The translations under genes were made by a program, and so were the position numbers. Of a stretch of 64,000 nt of DNA, positions 46,861-56,476 are shown piece after piece. Below the pieces are notes generated by a model, which saw only the letters and a list, made by a program, of their open reading frames with translations, was not told the origin of the DNA and made no database searches. Origin of the DNA: Pirellulaceae bacterium (GTDB lineage Bacteria > Planctomycetota > Planctomycetia > Pirellulales > Pirellulaceae). Location: the NCBI GenBank assembly GCA_044337705.1, contig JBIINB010000002.1, forward strand, positions 16,920-80,919, in the 5' to 3' direction. How positions within the stretch are numbered: the stretch's first letter is position 1; each line of letters starts with the position of its first letter.

Positions 46861-49035
46861 CTATCCGACGTCGCCGAAATCGAGCGACTGGCCATGTCGG
46901 GCGAGGACCTGTTTTTTCAGTCGGGTCCATTGGGGGCCATCCAGGAGGGGATCGGTTTGGAGGATAGCACGAGCGGCGGACTGAGTTGTTTCGACTACGG
47001 ATTGATCTCGGACCAAGTCGGCGATTCGGAGTTGGGGTAAGCCATGTTGGCGGGTTCCAAGAAGGTCCCCAGGTCCCCGAAGCTTCCAGTCGACCTCTGC
47101 CAGCTGGAATCCATCATCGCTGGCGGTGAACGCTTTTAGACGTTGATTCTCCTGCTCCGCCAGAGACTGGCGCACCATGAGGCATACATAGCCGGGAAAA
47201 CTGCCTCGGGAGACGCGGCCTCGTAGCTGGTGGAGTTGCGAGAGTCCTAGTCGGTCGGCGTCGAGGATGGTCATGACGGTGGCGTTGGGGACATCGATTC
47301 CTACTTCCACCACGGTGGTGGCCACCAGCACATCGATTGAACCACTGGCGAATTGATCGAGGGTGGCTTGTTTTTCAGATCCCTCCATGCGTCCGTGGAG
47401 AAGCCCCAGGGCCAGATGTTTCAGCGGTCCTTCCTGCAATTGCTGGTAGACCTGCTGAGCCCCCTGTAGTCCCTCTTCATCGCTTTGGCTGACGCGCGCA
47501 GCAATCACGTACGCCTGCCTGCCCTGATCGACTTGCTTGGCGACGAAGTTCCACCAGGAACCTTCCTGCTCCGGCTTTGCCAAGTAGGAATGGACGGGCA
47601 TTCGACCGGGGGGTTTATCCCGCAGGATGGAGACATCCAGATCGCCAAAGGCGGTCATCGTGAGGGTTCGTGGAATGGGGGTCGCCGACAGGACAAGGTA
47701 GTGCGGCGCCTGATCGCCCCCACGGAGGCTGGCGCGCTGCTCCACCCCGAATTTGTGCTGTTCATCGATCACCACCAATCCAAGTTTCGCGAAGGCAACT
47801 TGGTCACTAGCCAGAGCCTGCGTGCCGACGACCAAGTCGGTAGTTCCCAGCGCCAGCCGCTGAAGTACCTCCTGCCGCTGGGAGGCGGTGAGACTTCCTA
47901 CCAGGAGGTCGATATGAACCCGGCTTCCCTGGAGGCTCTCCTGAAGTTTTTGGAAATGCTGTCTGGCCAGCACCTCGGTTGGGGCCATCAGTGCCGCCTG
48001 ATGCTCATTGGCCACTGCCAGCAGCATCGCATAGAGGGCCACCGCCGTCTTTCCGCTGCCGACATCCCCCTGAACCAGCCGATTCATCGGGACGGTGCGC
48101 GCCATGTCGTCGGCGATCTGGTGGATCGCCTTCCGCTGATCTCCCGTGAGTTCAAAGGGAAACCTTCGGAAGATTCTGGCATCGATGACAGCAGACGTAG
48201 GCAAGGAAGCGGCTGCCTGCTGGTGCGCCAGGCGGCTGCGACGCAGTCCGATTGCCAATTGCAGATGAAGTAGCTCCTGAAAGATGAATCGTCGACGAGC
48301 CAGCTCCGCGTCCTCCATCGACTCCGGTTGATGAATCGTTCGCAACGCCTGGCGGATCTCCATGAGGTGATGTTGCTGTCGGAACTCCTCCGGAAGGACT
48401 TCTTCTATGCAAGGCAGGATCATTGGCAGAAGCTGGTCGATGCTCTGCATCAAGTGGCGCTGCTGAATTCCTTCGGTCAGACCATAGATGGGAATCGGTT
48501 TCCCTTGCGGAACCGGGCTGTCGGGAGTCAGCACCAGAAAATCTGGATGCCTCATTTCCCAGTGGACACCAGTGGATTTTGCCACCCCGGTCGCTAGGAC
48601 ACGCATGCCGCGCGCCAGTTGGTCGCGACGGAAAGGTTGGTTGAACCAGACCAGCCGAAGGTAGCCACCTCCTTCGCATCGCAGTAGCACCCCCAAGATC
48701 GTTCGCCCCTCGGCGGTGCCCCGCACCTCGATCGATTCCACCTCCCCCACCGCGCTGTATCGCTGGTCGGCGACCCAATGGCCGGTGGGGCGATGGATGG
48801 CAGGTTCCTGATACGATTTGGGGAAATAAAAAAGTAGGTCGATCGGTCGATGGACACCCAGTTTCTTGAGCGCCTCTACCCTCTGGGGGCCAATCCCGGG
48901 AAGGTACTTGATATCTCTGGGGATCTCGAGGGTGGCATCGGACTTGGGACCCGACGAAGTCATCGGAGCGGCCTTGGTTGGAAGGCCGCATTCGGACGAA
49001 GGAAGGTTACCTGCTGGTTCCTCTGCTTCGCTCAT
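46861..49035 (-). CDS. recG: ATP-dependent DNA helicase RecG
   Basis: Wedge domain, then LTGDQRKAI, GDVGSGKT (motif I), DEQHKFG (motif II), SATPIPRT, LHGRM, and QLHQLRGRVSRG (motif VI). Confidence 0.92.
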   Translation of the reverse strand: MSEAEEPAGNLPSSECGLPTKAAPMTSSGPKSDATLEIPRDIKYLPGIGPQRVEALKKLGVHRPIDLLFYFPKSYQEPAIHRPTGHWVADQRYSAVGEVESIEVRGTAEGRTILGVLLRCEGGGYLRLVWFNQPFRRDQLARGMRVLATGVAKSTGVHWEMRHPDFLVLTPDSPVPQGKPIPIYGLTEGIQQRHLMQSIDQLLPMILPCIEEVLPEEFRQQHHLMEIRQALRTIHQPESMEDAELARRRFIFQELLHLQLAIGLRRSRLAHQQAAASLPTSAVIDARIFRRFPFELTGDQRKAIHQIADDMARTVPMNRLVQGDVGSGKTAVALYAMLLAVANEHQAALMAPTEVLARQHFQKLQESLQGSRVHIDLLVGSLTASQRQEVLQRLALGTTDLVVGTQALASDQVAFAKLGLVVIDEQHKFGVEQRASLRGGDQAPHYLVLSATPIPRTLTMTAFGDLDVSILRDKPPGRMPVHSYLAKPEQEGSWWNFVAKQVDQGRQAYVIAARVSQSDEEGLQGAQQVYQQLQEGPLKHLALGLLHGRMEGSEKQATLDQFASGSIDVLVATTVVEVGIDVPNATVMTILDADRLGLSQLHQLRGRVSRGSFPGYVCLMVRQSLAEQENQRLKAFTASDDGFQLAEVDWKLRGPGDLLGTRQHGLPQLRIADLVRDQSVVETTQSAARAILQTDPLLDGPQWTRLKKQVLARHGQSLDFGDVG

Positions 49036-49294
49036 CCAATGCCTCCCAAAGGCAATGCATCTTCAAGGGGGCCTAGCGATTCTCCGTCTACCAACCAATT
49101 CTCCGTGGACCATCCCAGGTTGATGTGCCTCGCCCAAGAGCTGTGCAACCCTTCGACTTGGGCCAAGGTTCCTCCGACCAGTGATGCGGGCCTCCCTGGT
49201 CAGCGATCTCTGCTTGCCAGGGTACATATTTTAGGAGCCAGCGACGGTTGGTCCAGTTCCAAAGGAGTCAGGGATCCGATCGGGCTTGGGTGGG

Positions 49295-51622
49295 TTACTT
49301 CCGGGCCGAAGTCGCCCGCGAAGCGCCGGTGACGGCTTGCGTCGGGGGCCGTAGCGAGGAGTTGCCGGGTTGGACACAGTCGACAAAATAACGCCGTCCT
49401 TGTGGCGAATCTTCCTCCACCAAGCCGTGGATATCGGTGTCGAACCCCGGGAACCTGCGATTGAATTCCCGAGCGAACTGGAGGTATTCCACAATCGTCT
49501 TGTTGAATCGTTCCCCGGGAATGAGCAACGGGATACCAGGCGGATAGGGGGTCAGCAGGACGCTGGTGATGCGACCCTCCAGGTGATCGATCTCCACTCG
49601 TTCGATCTCGCGGCGGATCATCATGTCATACGCATCGGACGGCTTCATGGCTGGCTGTGAAATCGACAGGTACATTTCGGTGGTGACGCGAGCCACGTCG
49701 TTGTCGCGGTAGGTATCGTGGATCTCCTGGCAAAGATCCCGCAAGCCAACCCTTTCGTAATGCGGGTGATGCTGACAGAACTCGGGAAGAATCTTCCACA
49801 TCTTCTGGTTTTTGTCGTAGTCGTCCTTGAATTGCTGAAGGGCGCTCAGCAAGGTGTTCCACCGGCCTTTGGTGATGCCGATCGTGAACATGATGAAGAA
49901 CGAGTAAAGCCCTGTTTTCTCGACGATGACTCCATGCTCGGCCAGGTACCGTGTGACAATCGAGGCAGGGATACCGGTTTCGGAAAAGCGACCGCTGACA
50001 TCCAGGCCTGGCGTGATGATGGTGGCTTTGATGGGGTCCAGCATATTGAATCCAGCGGCCAGCGGTCCGAATCCATGCCAAGTATCTTCCGCTTTGAGCA
50101 TCCAGTCCTCTGGCTGACCGATGCCATCTTCAGCGATGTCATCAGGTCCCCAGACCTGGAACCACCAATCCTTGCCCCACTCCTGATCCACTTTCTTCAT
50201 GGCTCGGCGGAAATCGAGCGCTTCGAGGATCGATTCTTCTACCAGCGCGGTGCCACCCGGTGGCTCCATCATCGCCGCCGCCACATCGCAGCTGGCGATG
50301 ATGGCGTACTGTGGCGATGTGGAGGTGTGCATCAAGTAGGCTTCGTTGAAGAGATGGCGGTCTAGCTTGGTGCGATCAGATTCCTGCACCAGGATCTGGG
50401 ACGCCTGGGAGATCCCTGCCAGCAACTTGTGCGTGGAGTGCGTCGCGAAGACCATCGCTTCCTCGCACCGCGGGCGGTCCCGGCCTATCGCGTGGAAATC
50501 CCGGTAGAAATCATGGAAGGCCGCATGCGGCAGCCATGCTTCATCAAAATGCAATGTTCCGATGTTTCCGTCGAGCAGCTTTTTCAGCTTCTCGACGTTG
50601 TAGATCACGCCGTCGTAGGTGCTCTGAGTGATCGTTAGGATGCGGGGTTTGCGATCAGGATTCTCCTCTTGTGCTTGGCGAGCAAAGGGGTTGGCGTCAA
50701 TCTTCCGCTGAATATTCGCCGGTTCGAATTCCTCCAGCGAGATCGGTCCGATAAGCCCGAGATGATTTCGAGTGGGAGTCAGGAAAACGGGAATGGCGCC
50801 CGTCATCACGATGGCGTGCAGGATCGACTTGTGGCAGTTGCGGTCGACGACGACGATATCGCCCGAACCGACGGTGCTGTGCCAGACCATTTTGTTGGAG
50901 GTCGACGTGCCATTGGTGACAAAAAAACAATGGTCGGCGTTGAAGATCCGTGCAGCATTCCGCTCCGATGCCGCCACCGGCCCGGTGTGATCGAGCAACT
51001 GCCCCAACTCTTCGACGGAATTGCAGACGTCGGCGCGCAGCATGTTCTCACCAAAGAACTGATGAAACATCTGACCGACCGGGCTCTTCAGAAAAGCGAC
51101 GCCGCCGGAGTGCCCAGGGCAGTGCCAGGAGTACGATCCATCTTTCGCGTAGTTGACCAGGGCGCGGAAAAACGGTGGCAACAGACCGTCGGTATACGAC
51201 TTCGCCTCGCGAACGATATGCCTAGCGACAAATTCCGGCGTGTCCTCGAACATGTGAATAAAGCCGTGCAGTTCACGCAGAATATCGTTTGGGATATGCC
51301 GGGCGGTCCGCGTCTCCCCATAAAGGAAAATCGGAATCTCCGCGTTGCGAAAACGGATTTCGGAGATGAACTGCCGGAGATTCAAAATGGCCGGCACAGG
51401 CGAGCCATCGTGGCTGAACTCCTCATCATCGATCGACAGGATGAACGCGCTGGCTCGGCTCTGCTGCTGGGCGAACTGCGACAGGTCGCCGTAACTGGTC
51501 ACCCCGACCACCTCGACTCCTTCCCCTTCAATCGCCTCCGCCAGAGCTCGTATCCCTAGACCCGAAGTATTGCCCGACCGAAAGTCTTCGTCGATGATGA
51601 CGATCGGAAAACGGAATTTCAT
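49295..51622 (-). CDS. Orn/Lys/Arg decarboxylase, large fold-I 'biodegradative-type' enzyme with an N-terminal wing domain
   Basis: About 775 aa. CheY-like wing at the N-terminus, then HCPGH, NGTSTSNK, and THSTHKLLAGISQAS (PLP lysine). Substrate cannot be assigned by eye. Confidence 0.85.
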   Translation of the reverse strand: MKFRFPIVIIDEDFRSGNTSGLGIRALAEAIEGEGVEVVGVTSYGDLSQFAQQQSRASAFILSIDDEEFSHDGSPVPAILNLRQFISEIRFRNAEIPIFLYGETRTARHIPNDILRELHGFIHMFEDTPEFVARHIVREAKSYTDGLLPPFFRALVNYAKDGSYSWHCPGHSGGVAFLKSPVGQMFHQFFGENMLRADVCNSVEELGQLLDHTGPVAASERNAARIFNADHCFFVTNGTSTSNKMVWHSTVGSGDIVVVDRNCHKSILHAIVMTGAIPVFLTPTRNHLGLIGPISLEEFEPANIQRKIDANPFARQAQEENPDRKPRILTITQSTYDGVIYNVEKLKKLLDGNIGTLHFDEAWLPHAAFHDFYRDFHAIGRDRPRCEEAMVFATHSTHKLLAGISQASQILVQESDRTKLDRHLFNEAYLMHTSTSPQYAIIASCDVAAAMMEPPGGTALVEESILEALDFRRAMKKVDQEWGKDWWFQVWGPDDIAEDGIGQPEDWMLKAEDTWHGFGPLAAGFNMLDPIKATIITPGLDVSGRFSETGIPASIVTRYLAEHGVIVEKTGLYSFFIMFTIGITKGRWNTLLSALQQFKDDYDKNQKMWKILPEFCQHHPHYERVGLRDLCQEIHDTYRDNDVARVTTEMYLSISQPAMKPSDAYDMMIRREIERVEIDHLEGRITSVLLTPYPPGIPLLIPGERFNKTIVEYLQFAREFNRRFPGFDTDIHGLVEEDSPQGRRYFVDCVQPGNSSLRPPTQAVTGASRATSARK

Positions 51623-51861
51623 GGAGAATTCCTTTGTGCCACCAATGGGCTACACACATTGCCGTCGAAGCGACTGTTCAATCCACCATGGATCCATCAG
51701 ACGTCAACGATCATCCTACCGCTCGCTTGGTCGATGAGAAGACCAAAGGAGCCTAGAAAGGCCGATCGGTGTTTTTTAACAAGACTTCCTGCCATACATA
51801 AGACCGGTTTGCGCTCGCTCTCGGTCCGCGGCGGCAGGCAACCATGGGACTCATGCTCGGA

Positions 51862-53145
51862 TCAGTCGCCGATGCGAGTCCATTCCCATGTGTATCGTTT
51901 GGGCTTGGCCAGCTCCTGGATTCTGGCATCCCACTGTCTCGTTAGTTTCTCGAATGCCGCGACCTCTCCTGCGTTGTTCCCTTGTTCGTGCTTTCGGAAC
52001 AGGAAGAGATAGGTTTCATTCTGGGGGCGATACTGGTGCATGAAGAGGGTGTCTTTCTCTTTGGCCTTTTTTTGCAGTGCCAAACGCTGACGATCCGCGC
52101 CTACCCCCGATACTTCAATTCCTTCCGCCCATTCTTTGGCACTGCCTGCAGCGATCACATCGCCTTCGAGCGTCCACTGGTATTTTCCAGGTGGTAAGCC
52201 GGTCACAATCAGGCGACGATTTTGTCGGACGCTTCTTCCATCCGCAGTCGCCTGGTCCAGCGATCGCTCCGGCAAAGCGGTAAATGCCTCCTCCAGCCGC
52301 CACTTTCCATTAGCCGCGTCGCGGTCGATCATCTGAAGCGACCAGTCGCCCACCGATACGTCTCCATCCCCCATCAAGTCGATTCGAAGTTCCCCAGGTA
52401 GATCCTGGCTTTTTCCAGGGGCCAACAGCGACGCGAATCGGCTGGCGAATGCCTGATAGCCTGCCGCATGCAACTGGATCCCATCGTCGCTCATCTCCTG
52501 AGTCCATTCAGGGAGCTGCAGCACCTTCAGCCCCTCCGAATCAGCGATCTGCTTGATGATCTGATTGAACCGCCCGATCTTCTGGTTGCAGCGGTCGCGA
52601 CGGGTTTCTGGGAATCTTGTTCCAGCCGGAATGGGAGGGGATTGCAACAGGATCAGCCGATACGACAGCGGTTTCAGGTCGGTCACAAGTCGTCGCAGTC
52701 CTTTGTCGAAGCGCTGGTCATTCCACCCGTCGTCCGTGGCTTCAGAGAATCCGTAGTGGACAAAGACCACCGTTGGATCTGCCTGCTTGAGATCGACCAG
52801 CCTTCTCTTGTAACCGTCTTCCACCGATCCAAAGACGGCTCTGGCGCGCCCTTCGACATCATCGCCGCTCCACCCCACATTGCGGAAGGCGATCGGAAGG
52901 CCCGCCATACGAATCGACAGAATCGACTCCAGATCCCCCCGCTCGGCCAACTCCTCCCAGAGTCGGCCTCCCAGCCACGCGACGCGATCTCCCGGTTGAA
53001 TCCATGCCGAGTTGAATCGCGGGGGCTGCTCTTGCCCGCGAACGGATGGAGCGATCCAGATCGTGCTCAGCGCGAGGAACAGAAAAACAGCAATCGATCC
53101 GAGGACGCGTTTCCAGGAGTCATTTCCGTGCTGCGACATCGGCAT
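51862..53145 (-). CDS. SGNH/GDSL-family hydrolase-like secreted protein
   Basis: Signal peptide. VAWLGG (block I-like, no clear GDS Ser), WSGDD, VFVHYGFSE, and D..IQLHAAGY (the DxxH-like block). An extra C-terminal domain is present. Confidence 0.55.
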   Translation of the reverse strand: MPMSQHGNDSWKRVLGSIAVFLFLALSTIWIAPSVRGQEQPPRFNSAWIQPGDRVAWLGGRLWEELAERGDLESILSIRMAGLPIAFRNVGWSGDDVEGRARAVFGSVEDGYKRRLVDLKQADPTVVFVHYGFSEATDDGWNDQRFDKGLRRLVTDLKPLSYRLILLQSPPIPAGTRFPETRRDRCNQKIGRFNQIIKQIADSEGLKVLQLPEWTQEMSDDGIQLHAAGYQAFASRFASLLAPGKSQDLPGELRIDLMGDGDVSVGDWSLQMIDRDAANGKWRLEEAFTALPERSLDQATADGRSVRQNRRLIVTGLPPGKYQWTLEGDVIAAGSAKEWAEGIEVSGVGADRQRLALQKKAKEKDTLFMHQYRPQNETYLFLFRKHEQGNNAGEVAAFEKLTRQWDARIQELAKPKRYTWEWTRIGD

Positions 53146-53338
53146 CCCTCCAAAAGTAAAAATGGTCGGTTGTTTGGCGGTCCCTTTGCTCCATCAGCCA
53201 GTTGCCTGCTGGCGGAGCGTTCGTGGAACCTGGAGCGAACCTGTAATGTACCAGTAGCGGGGGATGGGTGGGAACCTACGCCGAACCAAACCTTGTCGGC
53301 CGATCTTCCAACCCAGTTCGGTCGGCAGAGGCCAGCGA

Positions 53339-54334
53339 TCAGCTGTCTTCGCCCCTTGAATCCTGTTGTTTTCCCGACTCCGGTGATCTCCGCACGCCTC
53401 GGCCCGGTTCCGAATTTGGCGTTGCCTTGCGTTTAAACACCCGAAATGATTCGGGCCATGGCAATGCGAAATCCATCGCCTCGCCGGTCACCGGGTGATC
53501 GAATCGCAATGCGTAGGCATGCAGCGCCAGACGATCCCAGATCCATTGGGGGTGTGGCGGGAAGTTTCGGCCGTACCGGGGGTCACCTAGAACAGGGTGC
53601 CCTAGGTCTGCCATATGGACACGGATCTGATTGCGCCGGCCCGTTTCCAGTTCTACCTGAATCATGGCTGCGTCACGCAGCTGGAATTGAACCTGATAGT
53701 GCGTGATCGCCAATTCCCCTTGGGAAGGGTCCTGAACGCTGTATCGATTGAGTTGAGCGTCGGTGGCCATGTACGACTGCACCGTCCCCCGCTGTTGCCG
53801 CGGGTTCCCCAGGACGATGGCGATGTATCGGCGTTTCGGTTTTCGGGCGGCAAATTGAGATCGCAGCTTTTGCGCCACCTCAAGGCTTTTGGCCATCACC
53901 AGCACTCCCGAGACGCCGCGATCCAGTCGTTGGACGCAGCACGCCTTCCCGCCGGGTACCTGTCGCTGAAGTCGCTTGGTGGCCCAGCCCTGAAGCGTAT
54001 TCGATTCGCCCCAGGTCGTCGGGACCGTCAGCATGGAAGCCGGCTTGGCAAGAACCCAAATCGCATCGTCTTCAAAAAGAATCTCTACCGGCTCCCTGGT
54101 GGTAGATGTGGTTGCGGCAGGAGGTGGTGCAGGGACCGGCTCCCACTGGATGCGATCTCCAGGCGCCACGCGCCAATGACCCTGGGTGCGGACGATCCCA
54201 GATACCTCGACTACTCCCAAACGAATCAGTCGTTCCGCTTCCCCTCGTTTCATCCCTGCCAGACTCTGCAAGGCACCCAGAAGTGTCTGCGCTGGTGCGG
54301 GAAGACGATCCGTCACGACGATCGATTGAGGCAT
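53339..54334 (-). CDS. RluA-family pseudouridine synthase (RluD-like, with S4 domain)
   Basis: S4-like N-terminus. HRLDRGVSGVLVMAK catalytic Asp motif. GRRNQIRVH. The ATG at 54334 is preferred over the TTG at 54382. Confidence 0.88.
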   Translation of the reverse strand: MPQSIVVTDRLPAPAQTLLGALQSLAGMKRGEAERLIRLGVVEVSGIVRTQGHWRVAPGDRIQWEPVPAPPPAATTSTTREPVEILFEDDAIWVLAKPASMLTVPTTWGESNTLQGWATKRLQRQVPGGKACCVQRLDRGVSGVLVMAKSLEVAQKLRSQFAARKPKRRYIAIVLGNPRQQRGTVQSYMATDAQLNRYSVQDPSQGELAITHYQVQFQLRDAAMIQVELETGRRNQIRVHMADLGHPVLGDPRYGRNFPPHPQWIWDRLALHAYALRFDHPVTGEAMDFALPWPESFRVFKRKATPNSEPGRGVRRSPESGKQQDSRGEDS

Positions 54335-54588
54335 GGAGAATCCGGTGCAATACAATCCAGAGACTGGGGTGTCGCGAGGCAAGTTCGCATCGGCGGCCCG
54401 TCGCGCCCCCGATCCTTCCTACAATACCCCGGAGGCCATTCAGGGAACAGCCACGGCTTTTGGATTGTCGAATCGATCGATTCGGCAGAACTGCTTTCCC
54501 TGTGCATCGATCGTGCTGCCAGCGGACACAATTGTTAGGCGTCCCCGTCGCTGCGAACTATGGTGTTTCCGAGAATCGAGCCATTCCC

Positions 54589-55899
54589 ATGCCGCCTGAC
54601 ATCGCACCGACCGGTCCTTCGATCTCCCTCCAGCAACGACTCAAGCGGATCCATCGCTATCTAACTCCTGCTGTCCTGTTGGCGATGTTGCTAGGAATCC
54701 TGCTGGGGGTGGTGGATCCGCCAGCCGCTGCTGCCTGTGAGCCGATCGCCAAAGGGTTCATCGCTGCCGTCAAGTGGTTCGTCTATCCATTGGTCTTCTT
54801 CACCATCACTCTTGGGGTCGCTTCGGTGGCCACCCTGGGAGCTGTTGGCAGATTGGGGCTGAAAGCCCTGCTCTACTTCGAGGTCATCACCACTCTGGCC
54901 TTAGTGATCGGTATCGTGGTCGCTTCCTGTTGGCAGCCCGGTCGAGGCATCCAGCCCGCCACTGATGTTGCGACACCTCCCGCTGCTGCTAAAGGATTGG
55001 AGCTGCCCAGGGAATCGGTTTCGGAAGGGGGAGCCAAGCTTTTGGCGATCTGGCATTTCCTCCGCGATAACGGAACGCTGCAGGTGCTTTTGGCTTCGCT
55101 GCTACTGGGGATCGGCATTCAGCAGATCCCTGGAAATCAGGGTCTGCTGACTGGCCTTCACAAGGGAATGCGCTGGACTTTCCTTGGGCTGTCACTGCTG
55201 ATGCTGGCAGCACCTCTGGGGGCCTTTGGAGGGATGGCTGCAACGGTAGGGAAATATGGGATCGCTGCGCTCTGGCCGTTAGCTCAATTGATGCTCTGCG
55301 TCTACGCGACGATGCTGCTGTTTGTCGGTGGAGTGCTGACCCCTTTGCTCCGTCGCGCCGGAGTTCGGATGTCGGAATTGCTCAGATATCTCAAGGAGGA
55401 GCTGCTGCTGGTTCTGGGCACCTCATCCAGCGAATCCGCGCTGCCGGCCTTGATGAACAAACTGCAGGAGATGGGGTGCCGACCTGCGGTGGTTGGACTA
55501 GTGGTTCCCACCGGCTATTCGTTCAACCTGGATGGGACCAGCATCTACCTTTCGATGGCAGTCCTGTTCTTGGCGCAGGTCTACCAGGTCACACTATCCT
55601 GGTCGGAGATCGGTATTATTCTGGCAACGCTGATGATCACCAGCAAGGGAGCCGCTGGGGTCACCGGAAGCGGCATGGTGGTGCTTGCCTCCACACTGGC
55701 TGCATTGAAGGTGATTCCCCTGGAGGGGATCGCAATGCTTCTGGGGGTCGATCGTTTCATGTCCGAAGCTCGATCGATCACCAACTTGATCGGCAACGCA
55801 GTGGCGACCATCTATCTGGCCGATTGCGAGCACGCACTGGACCATGAAGCCTGGGAGGCTATTCGCCGAGACAGGGGCTGGTCGGACGAAAGCCCCTAG
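54589..55899 (+). CDS. dctA: C4-dicarboxylate / cation symporter (DAACS family)
   Basis: PTGYSFNLDGTSIYLSMA, SKGAAGVTGSGMVVLASTL and GVDRFMSEARSITNLIGNAVAT closely match DctA. The start is the ATG at 54589. The upstream part of the ORF is antisense to the rlu gene. Confidence 0.88.
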   Translation: MPPDIAPTGPSISLQQRLKRIHRYLTPAVLLAMLLGILLGVVDPPAAAACEPIAKGFIAAVKWFVYPLVFFTITLGVASVATLGAVGRLGLKALLYFEVITTLALVIGIVVASCWQPGRGIQPATDVATPPAAAKGLELPRESVSEGGAKLLAIWHFLRDNGTLQVLLASLLLGIGIQQIPGNQGLLTGLHKGMRWTFLGLSLLMLAAPLGAFGGMAATVGKYGIAALWPLAQLMLCVYATMLLFVGGVLTPLLRRAGVRMSELLRYLKEELLLVLGTSSSESALPALMNKLQEMGCRPAVVGLVVPTGYSFNLDGTSIYLSMAVLFLAQVYQVTLSWSEIGIILATLMITSKGAAGVTGSGMVVLASTLAALKVIPLEGIAMLLGVDRFMSEARSITNLIGNAVATIYLADCEHALDHEAWEAIRRDRGWSDESP

Positions 55900-55906
55900 G
55901 TCAGGC

Positions 55907-56233
55907 TCAGGGACCGCAGGTCGAACAGCCGGGGGTGCCGGTCGACATGCTGCCAGGTACCCCGGACACTCCTGGAACGACCATGCCTGGAGTCCCAGGT
56001 GCCTGAAGTGTTCCAGTGCCGTAGATTGAGCCCGCACTTGGGGTCGATGGATAAACCCCAGGAGCTGGGGCGGTAGCGCCAAAGCCGTAGGGGTTGTAAG
56101 GACTGCTGGGAGAAGTTCCAAAATGGCACATCCCCAGGTTGTCGCACTTCCACTGTTCGACCGACTTGCACATGCCACATCCACCGGCGGTCGCCAGAAC
56201 CAGCAGCAGGAGTCCTTTGGAATACCGTTTCAT
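55907..56233 (-). CDS. Small secreted Cys-capped Pro/Gly/Ser-rich protein (possible lipoprotein)
   Basis: Signal peptide MKRYSKGLLLLVLATAGGC. The mature N-terminus is CGMCKSVEQWKCDNLGMC and the C-terminus is PGCSTCGP, with a Pro/Gly/Ser/Thr-rich middle. AAGG lies upstream. Confidence 0.55.
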   Translation of the reverse strand: MKRYSKGLLLLVLATAGGCGMCKSVEQWKCDNLGMCHFGTSPSSPYNPYGFGATAPAPGVYPSTPSAGSIYGTGTLQAPGTPGMVVPGVSGVPGSMSTGTPGCSTCGP

Positions 56234-56476
56234 CGCTATACAACCTTAACGCAATTGGACCAAACAACCTTCGCCCGCTCGAGCGAACGCTCAACTTTGG
56301 AATAGAAATCGTGAAAAGCAAAAATTTTTCCTATCCGTCTCTTTTTTCCTCAAGTGCCTCCTCTTTCCTGATCGGATCGATTGGCATAGTCCGTACAATC
56401 GTTCGATCAGGGAGGTTGGATTAGCTCCACTGACTAAACTCCAATGCAACTAAAAGAACGCTAATCTCTGGGTGCC

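Noticed and set aside
50669-51559. 296-aa plus-strand ORF, together with similar long antisense ORFs at 47485-48273, 52468-53436, 61282-62325, 60681-61382, 25094-26020 and 8132-8788.
   Set aside because: Each lies opposite a CDS that has strong family motifs. Long antisense ORFs are expected in GC-rich genomes.
54106-54588. 161-codon N-terminal extension of the dctA ORF.
   Set aside because: It overlaps the RluA-family gene in antisense and is Arg/Pro-rich. Homology to DctA and the first TM segment begin just after the ATG at 54589.
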